Below are positions 40,301 to 53,405 of a stretch of DNA of 64,000 nucleotides, piece after piece; the stretch's first letter is position 1; the number at the start of each line of letters is the position of its first letter. The notes under the pieces were generated by a model. That model had not been told where the DNA came from. It saw nothing but the letters and a program-made list of their open reading frames with translations, and did no database searches. The stretch is from the NCBI GenBank assembly GCA_003344405.1, contig NOWV01000119.1, positions 124,001-188,000 on the forward strand. Direction: 5' to 3'. The position numbers and the translations under genes are program-made. This DNA comes from Trichoplax sp. H2 (lineage: Eukaryota).

Positions 40301-42448
40301 ACAAAAAACATCCAATGGCTTACATGGTTCTGGTTCTGGTTCTGGGCTAATGTAGCTCATTAAATTCTTGACCGGCCTATCCATATCAATATTGAAATCA
40401 ACATTAGCATGAATTCTATAGGAGTAATACTAACTTTGCCTATTTCTACTTGATTGGTAGACTCTTAATACATATGTATACAGAAAGTAATTTTGCAACC
40501 AAAGCAATGTCGAAGTTCAAAATTGTTTTAATTACCAAGCAAATGAATCTTTCTTTTTGATGACTTTCAAACCATGTTGTAAAACCGCTTCCAGTTGAAT
40601 ACAGAGGCAAATAACACTAGTAAAATTGGTAGGAAATTAACATTACAGAATAATATAATGTTGACTTGATGAATGGACAGTATTGGATTGAAGCATGCAG
40701 GACGATTAATCTTTTACGTTATTGATTCGAAATCACAATTGACGTAGGTTACCATGCATGACATATTGGATATTTCCTGCATGATTACAACTTGAGTCAA
40801 GTGAGTAGAAATGAAGCATGATAGAATAATGTAATAGTGATTTGTAACGATGACTGGGTTAGACTGAAGATCCATGCTTTAGACGATCAGTTTCCTTTAC
40901 TTAATTGTATCAGAAATGATTCTAGCGGTCAATTATAGCAATAGCCACTACATTGTATAGTCAATCCTATGGTAGTAAAATCGAGTCGTCATTATGCATT
41001 GGTTTACCAACAGTATTGATAGTATAGTATTGATAGAGTAAACAAATCTTTTAGTCAATATTGTACAATCCTTCCATTGCTAGAGGTATCAGACCATGTT
41101 CTGATTGAATCGGATCGACATTGATAATCATGATTTAAATACATTACTATCATCGTCCAAGAATGATTGGCGGCTATTGAACTTACGTGCTATCATTGTC
41201 AGTAGCGATATCTTGGCCTTCTTTAAATCGTATCTGGCACTAGAAAAAGTAAAATGGTTACCTTCAATTTGACAGCAAAGCAGTTGAAATTATCTGGCTG
41301 TGCAAGCCCAAGGTAGAAGTAGGATTGTAATGTATATTGACATAATGATGGAGAGTATCATCATGTTATGGAAATGTACAGTATGGTCAGGACTCAGTTG
41401 AACCCATGCAAATAAAACGCAAGTTTGCATCATAATTAAAGCCCAAGTAGCGTTATGTAAACTGATAACCACTGAAGCAAGATAAGCTAGTGTAAACTAT
41501 GTTATCTTTAAGTAAAGTCTACGGAGTCCAATTTATACCCAATGGCGTTGGATCTTGCATCGACTATGTTTATCCTCATAGCTAATTTTTGCAGGGATTT
41601 CATGGACCAGAAAATGATACTATGGATCAACATCCATCAACGACTCCTGTCATACTGTACATACTCGTATGTACAAACTATCCATGTCAATTACGGTAGT
41701 CATGCTTGGTGTTTGTGATACTACCACTACCAATTGAAGTCATCCTTGGAAAAGAAGTCATAAAGTGATGATTGCAGTGGCCATTTTACTGACTACTAAA
41801 CAGACAAGTATGATTAATCATGATGATCAACACTATGGCCAGGTGTATCGTTGAACGACTCTTTGTCCATCTTTCCTATTGCACAACGAAGATTGTTGTC
41901 TTCTTGATAGCACAACAAATGGAATAGCATTAGGATAATGTGATGTATTTCAAAGCCCTAATCCTATCTATAGCAACAATGTGTACTCTATGGATGGAAA
42001 CTCCTCTTTAGGCAGAGGCTAAATCCATGCCAACACCACCTTGTACAGTATTGTTATTTTGCTTTTCATCGCCTGGCCTCTGGGTTGTGTCATTTTTACT
42101 GAATGAAGAATGCAAACAAGTCGACAGGTAGGTATGGAAAATGGATGGACACCTTGTACAAGGATTGAAGTAAGTTGGCCTAGAAGCTAAGGCTCCAATA
42201 TCGTCCATTTTATGGCAAATCCTACTACAACTGCAGCCATTGCTAATCCTTCAACCGTTCCATTGATGGCAAAGTTCATTTTAGTTGATCGTCTTTTGAC
42301 TTACCTGCTTAATCGCGTCTAACAATCGATCTCTTAAATGTTTTCGTTCACTCTCATACCCTAATCAAGAAATGAAACCATCATCATCGCTATGGATAAG
42401 TTGATTTTATTGAGACGTTAGTACAATCTACCACCACTTACTGTCCAT
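34388..42448 (-). CDS. SNX29: Sorting nexin-29 (RUN, coiled coil, PX); many exons, including a 1127-nt exon at 38299-37173
   Basis: MD|RYESERKHLRDRLLDAIKQ|CQIRF..DIATDND|VICLCIQLEAVLQHGLK (RUN); VAEMCGELLEFNEMLQRQ (coiled coil); VNIWIPSAFLR..VYQ|VYVRIGDEEWNIYRRY..FPPK..DPRFVKNRKERLQQYLR (PX); ends NYAGF*. Confidence 0.93.
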
Positions 42449-43242
42449 AGGGAAATATTTAGGAATTGCAACGGTGTTTAATCGGCAAGTGATTGTTGGA
42501 TAGCTTGGACATTAGGTATTTATTTAGGGGACCTTGAAAGATCTTCAAGGCTAGATGATTCGTCTCCACTGGCTTGGAACGGTAGATGACGTTACGTGCT
42601 CATTGGTACGGCAAGACAATAGAGAAGATCCGTGACGGTCCATGAAGGACCGTGACGGTCCACTTTCGTAGACAGTCTACTGTTTCATACAATGCTCCAT
42701 AGGACTAGGCTACACTAGGATAATGACAATGGGGATCGATTGACAGACACTAAGACGATTTCTGGGGAATTGGAGGGTTGGAATTCGGTGGGAGGGTGCT
42801 GTCATCATCCTAGTTCTCGACAGTCTACTATTTCATACAGTACTCACGGAGACAGACTACTGTATACACTCTGATCAACGGAGTCTTTTCTTGACTCAGT
42901 TTTGCAAGCGGAACCTGCTGGGTTCTACAGGAATTGTCCGTCCGTCTTATTGATGCAAGGCTTAGCAAGGCCGGTGGTTCTCCATCATTGAATGAAGCAG
43001 ACGTCCTTTTATCAACGGTTAAGGGACGAACGATTTCATTTTCATCCATTCAACATCCATTAACTTGTATACCTTGAAGCCTAGATGGCCATCATTGCTG
43101 ACAGCAGTATAAGCTTTTGTATGGGAATAGGCGTGATATCGCATGAATAAGTCACCATTTCATACAGTTCATACAGTTCATACTGGACAAGGAGTGGCTA
43201 AGCCAAAGTGCTATACTGTACTGTAGACTATGGTTTGATACG

Positions 43243-44299
43243 GTCAGACAGACTGACAGAAGCCAACAATCAAAACAAATCGCTGTTCAGATACTTCTAG
43301 AGACTGGTATGACACTGAGTAGTGGTGGGCTATTCCATGCTTAGCCTTTTCAGGGCTTTTTCAACTCTTTCTATATGACCGAAAAACAAGTTAGGGGGGG
43401 GCGAGACAAAAATGAAGCCAAATTTCTTCTTTGAGTAGTCCCCGCATAGCATTTCCTGTCATGGTGGACTACTCCATATTATTAGGGAGTCTACGATACC
43501 GGTCTGGCACTGTCAGACAGACTGACAGAAGCCAACAATCAAAACAACTCGCTGTTCAAATACAGTACTTCTAGGGACTAGTATGGCATTGGGTAGTCCA
43601 ACTACTCAGTATTACTAGAGAGTCTTAACGTGCCAAACAGACAGACTGACAGAAGCCAAAAAACCAACCAAACTAGTCACCGTTGGAATACTTCTAGGGA
43701 CTGGTATGACATTGAGTAGGGCACTGCCAAACAGACAGACTGACAGAAGCCCAAAATCCAAACTTGTCACCGTTGGAATACTTCTAGGGACTGGTATGAC
43801 ATTGAGTAGGGCACTGCCAAACAGACAGACTGACAGAAGCCCAAAATCCCAACTAGTCACCGTTGGAATACTTCTAGGGACTGGTATGACATTGAGTAGG
43901 GCACTGTCAAACAGACAGACTGACAGAAGCCCAAAATCCCAACTAGTCACCGTTGGAATCCTTGTAGGGACTGGTATGACACTGCCAAACAGACAGACTG
44001 ACAGAAGCCCAAAATCCAAACTAGTCACCGTTGGAGTACTTGTAGGGACTGGTATGACATTGAGTGGCACTCAATATTACTAGAGTAGAGAGTCTAAAAA
44101 CGGTACTGGAAATGGAATAGTCTGACACTGCCAAAAAAGACTGACAGAAGCCCAAAATCAATGAAAATAAGCGCTGTTTCAATACTTCTAGGGACTAATG
44201 TGGCATGGAATAGTGGACTATTTCATACTTAGTCTTTTCAGGACTTTTGAAACTCTTTCTACGTGAGCAAAAGCAAGTTAAGGCGGGGAATCCCGCCTT
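43243..44299. repeat. Compound repeat: ~5 near-identical 90-bp units (43632-44066) flanked by diverged copies and ~155-bp direct repeats
   Basis: CGTTGGAATACTTCTAGGGACTGGTATGAC or a close variant starts at 43681, 43771, 43861, 43951 (78-bp unit) and 44029. The flanks 43243-43400 and ~44135-44287 are homologous. Confidence 0.95.
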
Positions 44300-45212
44300 C
44301 GAGTCGAGTTCAAATCGGGTTTCGGGTTGATTTTGCAACAGGATATTGAGTAAAGGCTGTAAAAGGAATACAGGGAATGCATGGACTATTTAATACGAGC
44401 GACTAGTATTGAATAGCATTGAGGAATCCATGGTGGAAATGTCCCTTTGCAAAAGAGACTGACAGCTAGGGATTTAGGATTGCAGGTGTCTGGAGTCAGT
44501 CTGCTCACTGGTCAAGTGGTCATAGACTACTCCAAATTTGCACCAAAAAGTTTTGCAGTAGTCCATGGCCAATACTATATGGCCATGGAACAGGGAGTGG
44601 CACAGCCTGGACTATGATACTATCTACTATACTGTCCATTGACAGTACAGTAGAATCAATCGCCAGCAAAATAAATTGATGCTGCAGTAGTGGATGCCTG
44701 TATCCAAACTGCCATTTCAAGCTGTATATTCCCATCCAATTCATGCATTGCCGTCGATCCAGGCTGTAGTCGATGGCTAGCAGTTAAGAAAGTTGTGCAT
44801 CCGATATTCATGATTGTAAAGCCAGGAATAGATTGCCAACGTTCCTCTTCAATTTCAACACATTTTAGCTGCACGACACTGCAATTGTAGGATCCAAATT
44901 AAGCTACAATACACGATTGAGCAGCGATGTTGCGATCGTCCTTGTGATCTCGCTCGTTTCCACTTTGCAAACTGCGACTTGGTTGCTTATTTTAGTCCTC
45001 CACTGGTAGATAAATGGCAGGTATATCGATCAAAGAGAATAGACCTTGGATTCAAATGCACAGCACCGATTGAATTCTCCTGCTCGTTGATAGAGATACA
45101 AGACAACCAAGGGTAGATACTCTCTGAATTGATTTGATTGGACGTATATCGTCAAGCCGTGAGCTGATTGCGCCAGACAAGAAAGCCATCATGCAGATGC
45201 TGCAATGACAAC

Positions 45213-48200
45213 ATGTCGGTCTTTGGTAAAAAATTATGCTTGAAATTAAAACGTAAAAGATTAGACAGTAGCGCCAATACCATAATTGCATATGATAAAA
45301 GATCACGCGATAACGATAAAGAGCATCAGCAAGATAATCATGGTCAGCGGAGCAGCGCTTATACGAGTGTGGAACATTTTTCACATCAAGGAGAGAACAA
45401 GCAATCATCATTGCCTTGCTACTGTGGCTTAGTCAATGATGCCAATAACTGCTATATTAGTTGTATCATTCAAGCGTTAAGATTGTCTACCCATTTCGTT
45501 GCCATTATCAATACTGTTTATGATTCCTTTTCTAAAGATGAGGTAAGAAATGGGCTACACCTTCGCACTACTATACGAGTATGAATAACATGCTGCTAAT
45601 TTCCTATGACCTGAATAGTCTGTGAACAGGCTTGCTCAATGAAACACGTAGAGTTACAAAAAAAGACAAGAAGTAGCACATCATAAAGCCTCGCATGTCT
45701 TACCAACATATTGTGCCTCTGTTCGTTTTATTTTGCAGCAATAACTTACTGAATGGATAAGTATATATCATACTGAGGATAGTGAGCTTTTATAAATGAA
45801 TTCTTGCAACCTCCCCAATTCTTACAACATGGCTACATTGGCCTTACTTTCTAGCAACAATTTATTCCATCAACTAGATATACGTATTGAACAAGATATT
45901 GACCACACAATAGTTGCATGCTTAAATAACATTGTGAACAAGAGTCGATACAGTAAGCTACTGCTTGTTGTCTTGTAACGTTTGCTTTATAACATCAAGA
46001 ACAAATTACGGGGAATCGATTTCCTCCTTAGCGTATGCGATAGTATTGCACCATACAATGGACATCGTATGAACTAGTTTGCAGATCATACTGTACTATG
46101 GACTAACATGGAAGGCGCATTGATGAATGTCGCTTAATTCTATGATAAATCTTGACTTTATTCCTATCGTAATCGATTGTTGACGCTTCTTTGCATCTCT
46201 TTATCCTTCATAAAGAATTAATGACAGCATGTTGATCATATTACCATTAGAATAAGGCAATAGTGATCAGGTCTCTATTCATTGAACAGCTTGCCTTACA
46301 TCAATTCAATACCTTCTGATGCTTTATTTCCTCCTTCATCTGTGTATTATCAACGCGTTCTTTAGATGATTTGAATCATTGCACATGCTACCATCAATCT
46401 TTAACCAGTAAACTGTATAATATATACGAGTACTTGTATATCATCAGCTCGCTTCTCTAGATGATTTACCCAGTAGCAACTCACCTAGTACAAATGTGTA
46501 AAATGTTCCATCAACCTTTAAACTCAATTTGAGCGCTAATTTGTTGCCCATTGGGATCTCATGTGATGATTTATTCGTTACTGTCATTGGGACGATAAAT
46601 CCTAGCGCTGTTGAGTTGATTTTAATCTGTTGATCATTACTCCTTATCCGAGCAGTTAGTTGTCGACAGCATAAGCTTGATTGCATGTGCTTATATTATT
46701 CATCCTTTAACAGTATTGCTAACTCATCACCTACTACAGTAAGACTTGATAGGATCTCTATGCCTAATCATCCCTTTTTTCCCATATGATGTCAACGCAT
46801 CTAGCTATTAAACAATACTTCAAGCCATTGGAAATCTTCTACCCTGATACAACTGAGGAAGGTATACGCATAGAATTCTCTTAATTATGAAATTACTTTT
46901 CTTACTTATTACTAAATGTAAAATATACGTATGTAAATAATTATTTTCTGATGTTCACTTGAATTATACTTCAATGCTAGCTTATTCATGAGATGCAAAT
47001 TAGAGAGCAGGCAAAAGAAATAAAATCCATCACTCCTATCCACCTGGATGAGTTTTTAACTTCTGTCTGGTAAGATATTCATTATGACTATATCTTACAA
47101 TGAGATAACTTCATAATGTGAGGATAAATAGATTAAATATAAGCTCGTATACCTTATAGCCTGCATATTGGTTTAATGTTTCATTTGATGGGCGATAATT
47201 CTACTATACTGTGTAAAAGATAAAATCAAATTAATGTTCATAAAGCTCACGATACAGACTCTTGTTATTAATGTCTGCCTTAATATGAGATAATTTCACA
47301 GGATAAAAAGTACATAGATCCTATGACTACTCATCAAGCTCACAGTACAGATCTTCTTTCACTATTTCTTTCAATATGAAATAATTTTATATTATAAGAG
47401 AAAATACATATAATAAATACTTGTAAGGCTATAATGCATCGTTTCACTATTTCTTTCAATATGAAATAATCTTGTAACATAAGAGAAAATAGATAAAATA
47501 AATACTTGTAAGACTCACAGTACTGGACATCGTTTCAGCTTTTCTTTCAATATGAGATAATTTGACAACATAGAAGAAATTACATCTAATCAATACTCGT
47601 AAAGCTCGCTGTCCTAGTATTGTTTCATTGCAACTTTAGATATGCATCTGTTATATGATTTGAAAGAATCACTCCGTATTGGATTAAAAACCACTATAGC
47701 TTTACAGCAATAACTAAACTTGTTTTCCATTCTACGCTATCCATAGGAACAATAGCCAATCTTTTTTGCCAAATTCTCAGCATGATGCGCACGAATTTTT
47801 ACACTTTATGCTCAAATATCTGGAAGATGGATGCAAATTAACTGCCAATGAAACGCTACAAAGCAATTTTGCTAGCATATTTAAAGGAACTCTACTCTTT
47901 AAAACACGATGCTTAGAATGCGAAAATGCACATGAGAAAAAAGAAAGTTTCCATGATATCAGCCTTTCTCTAGATAGTACTACAACTATCGATACAGGTA
48001 CGAGAGCAGTCGTAATATATTGGTATGTGTAGTGACTTCTATGACTAATGATACAATAATGCAACTCTCTTAATGTGATTTTAGTGAAATTATCGTCATT
48101 ACTAGAAAAATTCACTACCGTAGATTATTTGGACGGGGTAAACAAATACTACTGCGAACATTGCCGGAATTACACGGAGGCTGAAATAGGCATAGTATTT

Positions 48201-48731
48201 GATGAAATTCCAAAAGTGTTGATCTTTCATCTCAAGCGTTTAACCTCATTTGATGCTTATGGATATAATAGGAAGATCATGACTTCGGTTGTTACATGTA
48301 CTGAATTGGTACTAGATCAGTGTGCGCTATGTTCAAATGGATGTAAAGCAAGAAATGAAACATATCAACTATCCGCGATTATCGTTCATACTGGCATGTC
48401 TGGATCTAGTGGACATTATTATTCTTATGTGCGAGTGTTAAATCCTGACCAGCAGCAGCGGCAAGATACGTCTTCTTCTACTACAATTGATTCAAATGGG
48501 AATCTAGGCATGCCTAATGCAAGTTCCTCAAGTAGTACATCATCTCCACCAATCAATTTATCAGATTCTAAAGTAACTAGTCGATCGGTGAACATGCTGG
48601 CTCCTATGTGGATCTTATTCAATGACACCGTTGTCAAATGGGTCAACAGTGAGCAACTGTTAAATATATTAGAACCTAAAGGTCTAAGCAACTCATCGAC
48701 TGCGTACATTCTAATCTATACGCAAATTTAG
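45213..48731 (+). CDS. USP1: Ubiquitin carboxyl-terminal hydrolase, USP1-like; exons ~45213-45542, 46805-46861, 46981-47069, 47747-47997, 48085-48731
   Basis: Cys box GLVNDANNCY; QHDAHEFL; TRCLECE...FHDIS; NKYYCEHCRNYTEAE; His box HTGMSGSSGHY; WILFND; AYILIY. The TRCLECE and YTEAE motifs match USP1 as I recall it. Confidence 0.85.
47090..47650. repeat. Diverged ~90-bp tandem repeat in a USP intron
   Basis: A motif like TTTCTTTCAATATGA(A/G)ATAAT...AAGCTCAC recurs at ~47098, 47282, 47372, 47458 and 47548. Confidence 0.8.
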
Positions 48732-49524
48732 AAATTGTAGCAAATGCGATTGTTGTATTGACGATTTAATGTAAGTCCATATATAAACTATATGTAATAT
48801 GAACATACTTTGCTCAAAGATCCTTTCACCTAGATTGGGCGTGTACTGTATATCGTATAGATGGTCATGTACTAAAATCAAGCCTGATCTGATAATATAA
48901 TTAAAAATATTGAATGACAATTTCGTTTAATAATGAAACAATGTTTGATATTCACAGGAGTTTTGCCCACTAAATGTGGATAAATTAATTATATAACTAT
49001 CACTGTTAGTAGGTGGTGTAATACCGTCTTGGAAAAGCGAACCTAAGCTGTACTTGACAATTAAAGATTCTATCGCATGTTCTCTTCAGTGTCGTTGAGT
49101 TAACCAAAGCTGTAGTTGATATAAATATTCTATTACATACTCATGTCCTCAACCAGCCTTACTGGGCTAAGTGTAAATACTTTGACAGTTTTTTTTTTAT
49201 TCAGAAATACAAATTAATTTATACATTGTAATTTTATTAACACTTTCATTAAAATAGCATTATGTTAATAATGGTCGTAAGATTGTAGTGTACAGTAACT
49301 GAAATAATTCCCGTAGTTTAATACATTCAGTCTATCAAAATGATGGCTATCCTTTCAGAAAATCTAAAACTGCAATATTCCCTAAGTAGATTTGAAGATT
49401 TTTTCTTTATTGTAGCTAGCTGAGGATACTTTCAGGATAAAATTTCCTAACAAACGAAAGTACAACTTTGTGCAATATCTTGTTATATCAATGAAATACG
49501 ATTAATTCATCGTTCGGGACTAAA

Positions 49525-52500
49525 TTATAAATTTTCATATAGATCAAATGATATTGGTTTGCAATCTAAAGTTCGTGTATTCACTAGAACACAAGAATGC
49601 TTTTGATTAAATGATGGAACGTTAACCAACAAAACTTCTTGTTCTTGGTCGCCTGTTTCATTAGAATTGTATACATAAAACTTTAATTTATGACTAAGAT
49701 CGTTTACAAAAAGGAATCCTTAAATACGAGTGCACTAAAGTCTAAAGACTAGACTTACCAGTGATCTTTTTGCATGAAAATTCTGGCTGATTTCCAACGA
49801 AATAGACATGCGGGCAAGACTCTAATATAAAAGGATCCTTCTCATAATATGGGTAACAAGCTACAGTGGCAGACACGTCAGAATTACAATTTATTAATAA
49901 ATGGCAGTGCAATATTATAGAGATTATTAACGTAATAATTGTTTGCTGTTGCAAATAAAATCTTTGCAGGAATGTATTCCTACATTACGATTTTATAAAC
50001 AGTGGCAGATAATGAAAATTAAATATCACGGTTGATATTACGTACCTAAAGTATCTGGAGCAGTTGGCGATATATGACCCCACCTTAAGCACTGTTCGCA
50101 TATTTCAAGACGATCTTCGAAATATGAATAACGATAAATATCGTCGATATTTTGACCAGAAGTTCCCAGAAACCTACATCATATTATAAAATATTAGCAT
50201 GAGTATGATAGCGTTACTTGATGCTTATAGCCACTACAATTCAAAACAAGTTGCTCATTCATCGTACCTCACTCCATCAACAGAAAATTCATAAGGGTTT
50301 GTAACACTTTTTAGCGAAGAAAATTGAAAACCTTTTGGAAACATACATGGATGTAACGGTTGCTGTGGCATTATGTGATTTGAAGGATCAAATTCCCCGG
50401 GCATTATGTCCACAGGAATGCATGACTAAAAAATTTAAAATAAAACTCTCCTTTAAGTTAAGATCAGAATCCAGGCTACGCTTATTTGAATTTTCGTATT
50501 AGTCTTACTGAATATTCAAGACTTACACATAACTGCGTCAAAATTTCGTCTAAGGCCTTAATCCCTTCTAGAGTGTTAGCTGAGCTACGCGAGGAAAATT
50601 TTTTGGAATTCGCCTATGTAACATGTATTTAAGTACAGTACATATATATTATTAAGGTTAGCAAAGAGACGCTATTCATCAACCAGCATTACTTTAGATT
50701 ATTCAGTTTGAGTAAAGGTACAGTAACGCATGGAATATACAAACCTTATTTGTTTCACTGGTACTACTATTCTGCTGGGCAGCAGAGTTACCAGCTATGA
50801 CAATTTGCACGATTTGAGAGCACATTTTTCGATCCTAAGAATTTTAGTATAATTGATATGACGTAATGAAGTAGGCTCTTCGATTACATAGTGGAATTTA
50901 AGGCAATGAATATACTGTACTGTATAGTAACATTGACAAAATTCTATACTCTCACTATATACATCAAAATTTACCTCTTGTCCTTCAGTTAGCCGACCAG
51001 TAATAAAGTCAATAAACAGTTGCATCGTTAAGAATCCCTGATGACTGCTACCAAGATTTAATCCTGATACGATACATATATATCTGCAAAATAACCAAAA
51101 TTACTATTACTTTAAGTATTCTAAAACAGCAAGTTTATCTTGTTTGCAACACTATGCAATGAAATCTCATTTAATAATTCATTACAATAGTAAGCATACA
51201 CTGTATATAAATGTATATATGTTACTGTCAGCGTGCGAAATCGGCCATCGTATGCCATAGCCGGTCATGGTATACGATACCCAAGTTCGTAGCCGATGTA
51301 TATGTACAACGATTGATGACCTACTTATCATTATGGATAAAGGGACGAGGAATTTGTTTTGGTAGGCCAGCAGAGACCATTTCATTCACATAAAATTTGC
51401 CTCCATCTAATTCCTTACCTAATAATGCGACAATGACGCCTAAAATGCCAAAATAGTAAAAATCTCATTAGAAAATTACAGCTAATTCTACGTAAACATA
51501 GCAGCTATTCAATTGCCCCGGTCGAGTTATGTACATGATCATACAGATACAGGGTATGAATAAATCTTAACCTACCTGTTACCGATTTCGTAACATTAAT
51601 GTTCCCAGTTAGAGAAATCCGTTGTGTTTCATCTTCAGCAACTAGCTCATCCGAATCGTCAGCGTATTTCGTCCGCGGAGGTAAAGGAATTAAGTTGTAC
51701 TGCAACAAGTTAGTAACGATAATCTTGCTGAATAGGTAGATTACAATCATTTTTTATTTAACATGTGTATTCTCAGCGATGAATGATACGATAACATAAC
51801 GTAACATTATCATCAATTGGAGCATCTCAGCATGCTATTTATACAACACATCTGAAACTAAAAGAATTTCACATGTTACGGTGCTTGTACTAAACGTATA
51901 TCCCCAGTTCATTCCTAATCGGTGTACTGATTGCATCCTCAGTATACGAGATACACTCGCTGATCAAGCAACTTACCTCGTCGCTAATTTCTTGTAGGAT
52001 ATTCGGCCTAGCACTCATTCTTTTGAATAGTGTACCAATAATGCAACTTGTAATACCCGTTTTTAATTCCATCAACTTGCAGTAATTTATATCATTACCT
52101 GAAAGGAATACATTAACCGTTAGTAACACACCACATTGCAGCAGAAGTCTTTCCAAAACGTTGCGCTGCTACTTTTGCAGGATATGCTCTTCTCAAAAGT
52201 AAATTAATTAAATCAAGCTAATTGGAACTACTTTAACCACTACAGTCGACATCCTGTGCCATAGGCTACGTTAAATGCCATTTAGAGCAAGAATTCAACA
52301 GCAGATCGTAAAGGTAAATTACATACTAATAAATAAATACGGCAATACTCGATGCGGATGGACTAATACAGTAAACATGTAAACAATTTCCGTATTTATT
52401 CTCAATCACTTCATTCAAAAACAGCAAAGAAAAACGAAAAACAAGCCTTACCCCAAGCCCGTTTTGCAGCTTGCAATAAAGAATCACGCATAGCTACTAG

Positions 52501-52635
52501 GCGAGATGTATAAATATTGCAGTATTGAGTAGTAAAGTTGCGATTTTGCTCGGAAAAGTAAAATCGCTGAGATAAATTGTCAACGCTAGCTGACAACCTG
52601 TTTGGCTTTCCTTCGCCTTGGCCATTTTCCACCAT
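49525..52635 (-). CDS. POLD2: DNA polymerase delta subunit 2 (p50); multi-exon
   Basis: [110 protein letters not shown]...[11 protein letters not shown]; ends [12 protein letters not shown]. Confidence 0.96.
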
Positions 52636-53405
52636 GATTGCAATTTTTCGCGGGTATGCCCAGCTCGGATTTGAGTGTGCGCACTTAAGTTTTATGTAGT
52701 GTACAGTACTTGTTACTAGAATTGATTATGGTCTCAGAACAGAGTAGCGATGGTATTGATTCCAATACACTAATAAAATTACTTAGTTTATACTAGTCTA
52801 TTGGCTACTGTACGAGCTGCACTAGTCTACTCTGCGTTGAATTAGCTATTGATCTACTCTATCCATTTCATTTGCTACCTGTAAGGTCTTATTTACAAAG
52901 AGCAATAGACATTTTGTTCCCTTTTTCGGATATGTCTAGAGAAATTTCTAGCTCTATCTTGAAAGGTTACACTGCGAGCATATTGTAGTCCTATCTCACG
53001 ATGCTATGGAGCACAGTATATTAATATGATTGATATTTTTTACAGATCTGAAGCTTAATCTTCGAGTATGCAGCAGCTATTTGCTCTTAGCTGCTAAGCA
53101 TGTGAGGAGGATTTCTTATAGTAATTGATGACAGTACCTACAACAGCTACTAGTACAATAGTCTGACGAATAATTTGCATCAGGTATCTTAGAAATTACT
53201 ACAACTTTGCGTCGCAATGTAGTATACCTGAGGTAAGTGATATAGTTAGATGCATGCTACACGAATAAAACGTGGTAGAAGTTTTTGGCTGCATTTAATA
53301 CTGTCATTATAATTAATCTTTCTGAAGAAAGATACAGTGAGTCAATTTCACAATCATCTTAGGCGAGAACTGAGAGTTTTATTAATAGTTAGGGCTTTCC
53401 TTTAA

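Noticed and set aside
41290-42208. Nested gene in the ~1-kb SNX29 intron
   Set aside because: Only short featureless ORFs are present.
17520-42448. Two sorting nexins plus NPC2 as an endolysosomal gene cluster
   Set aside because: SNX14 and SNX29 are different subfamilies separated by RPL10. There is no evidence beyond proximity without synteny data.
43615-44083. Repetitive ORFs on both strands (151 and 125 aa)
   Set aside because: These are by-products of a stop-free 90-bp unit divisible by three.
44300-44325. GTTCAAATC as a tRNA T-loop or B box
   Set aside because: There is no T-stem pairing or cloverleaf.
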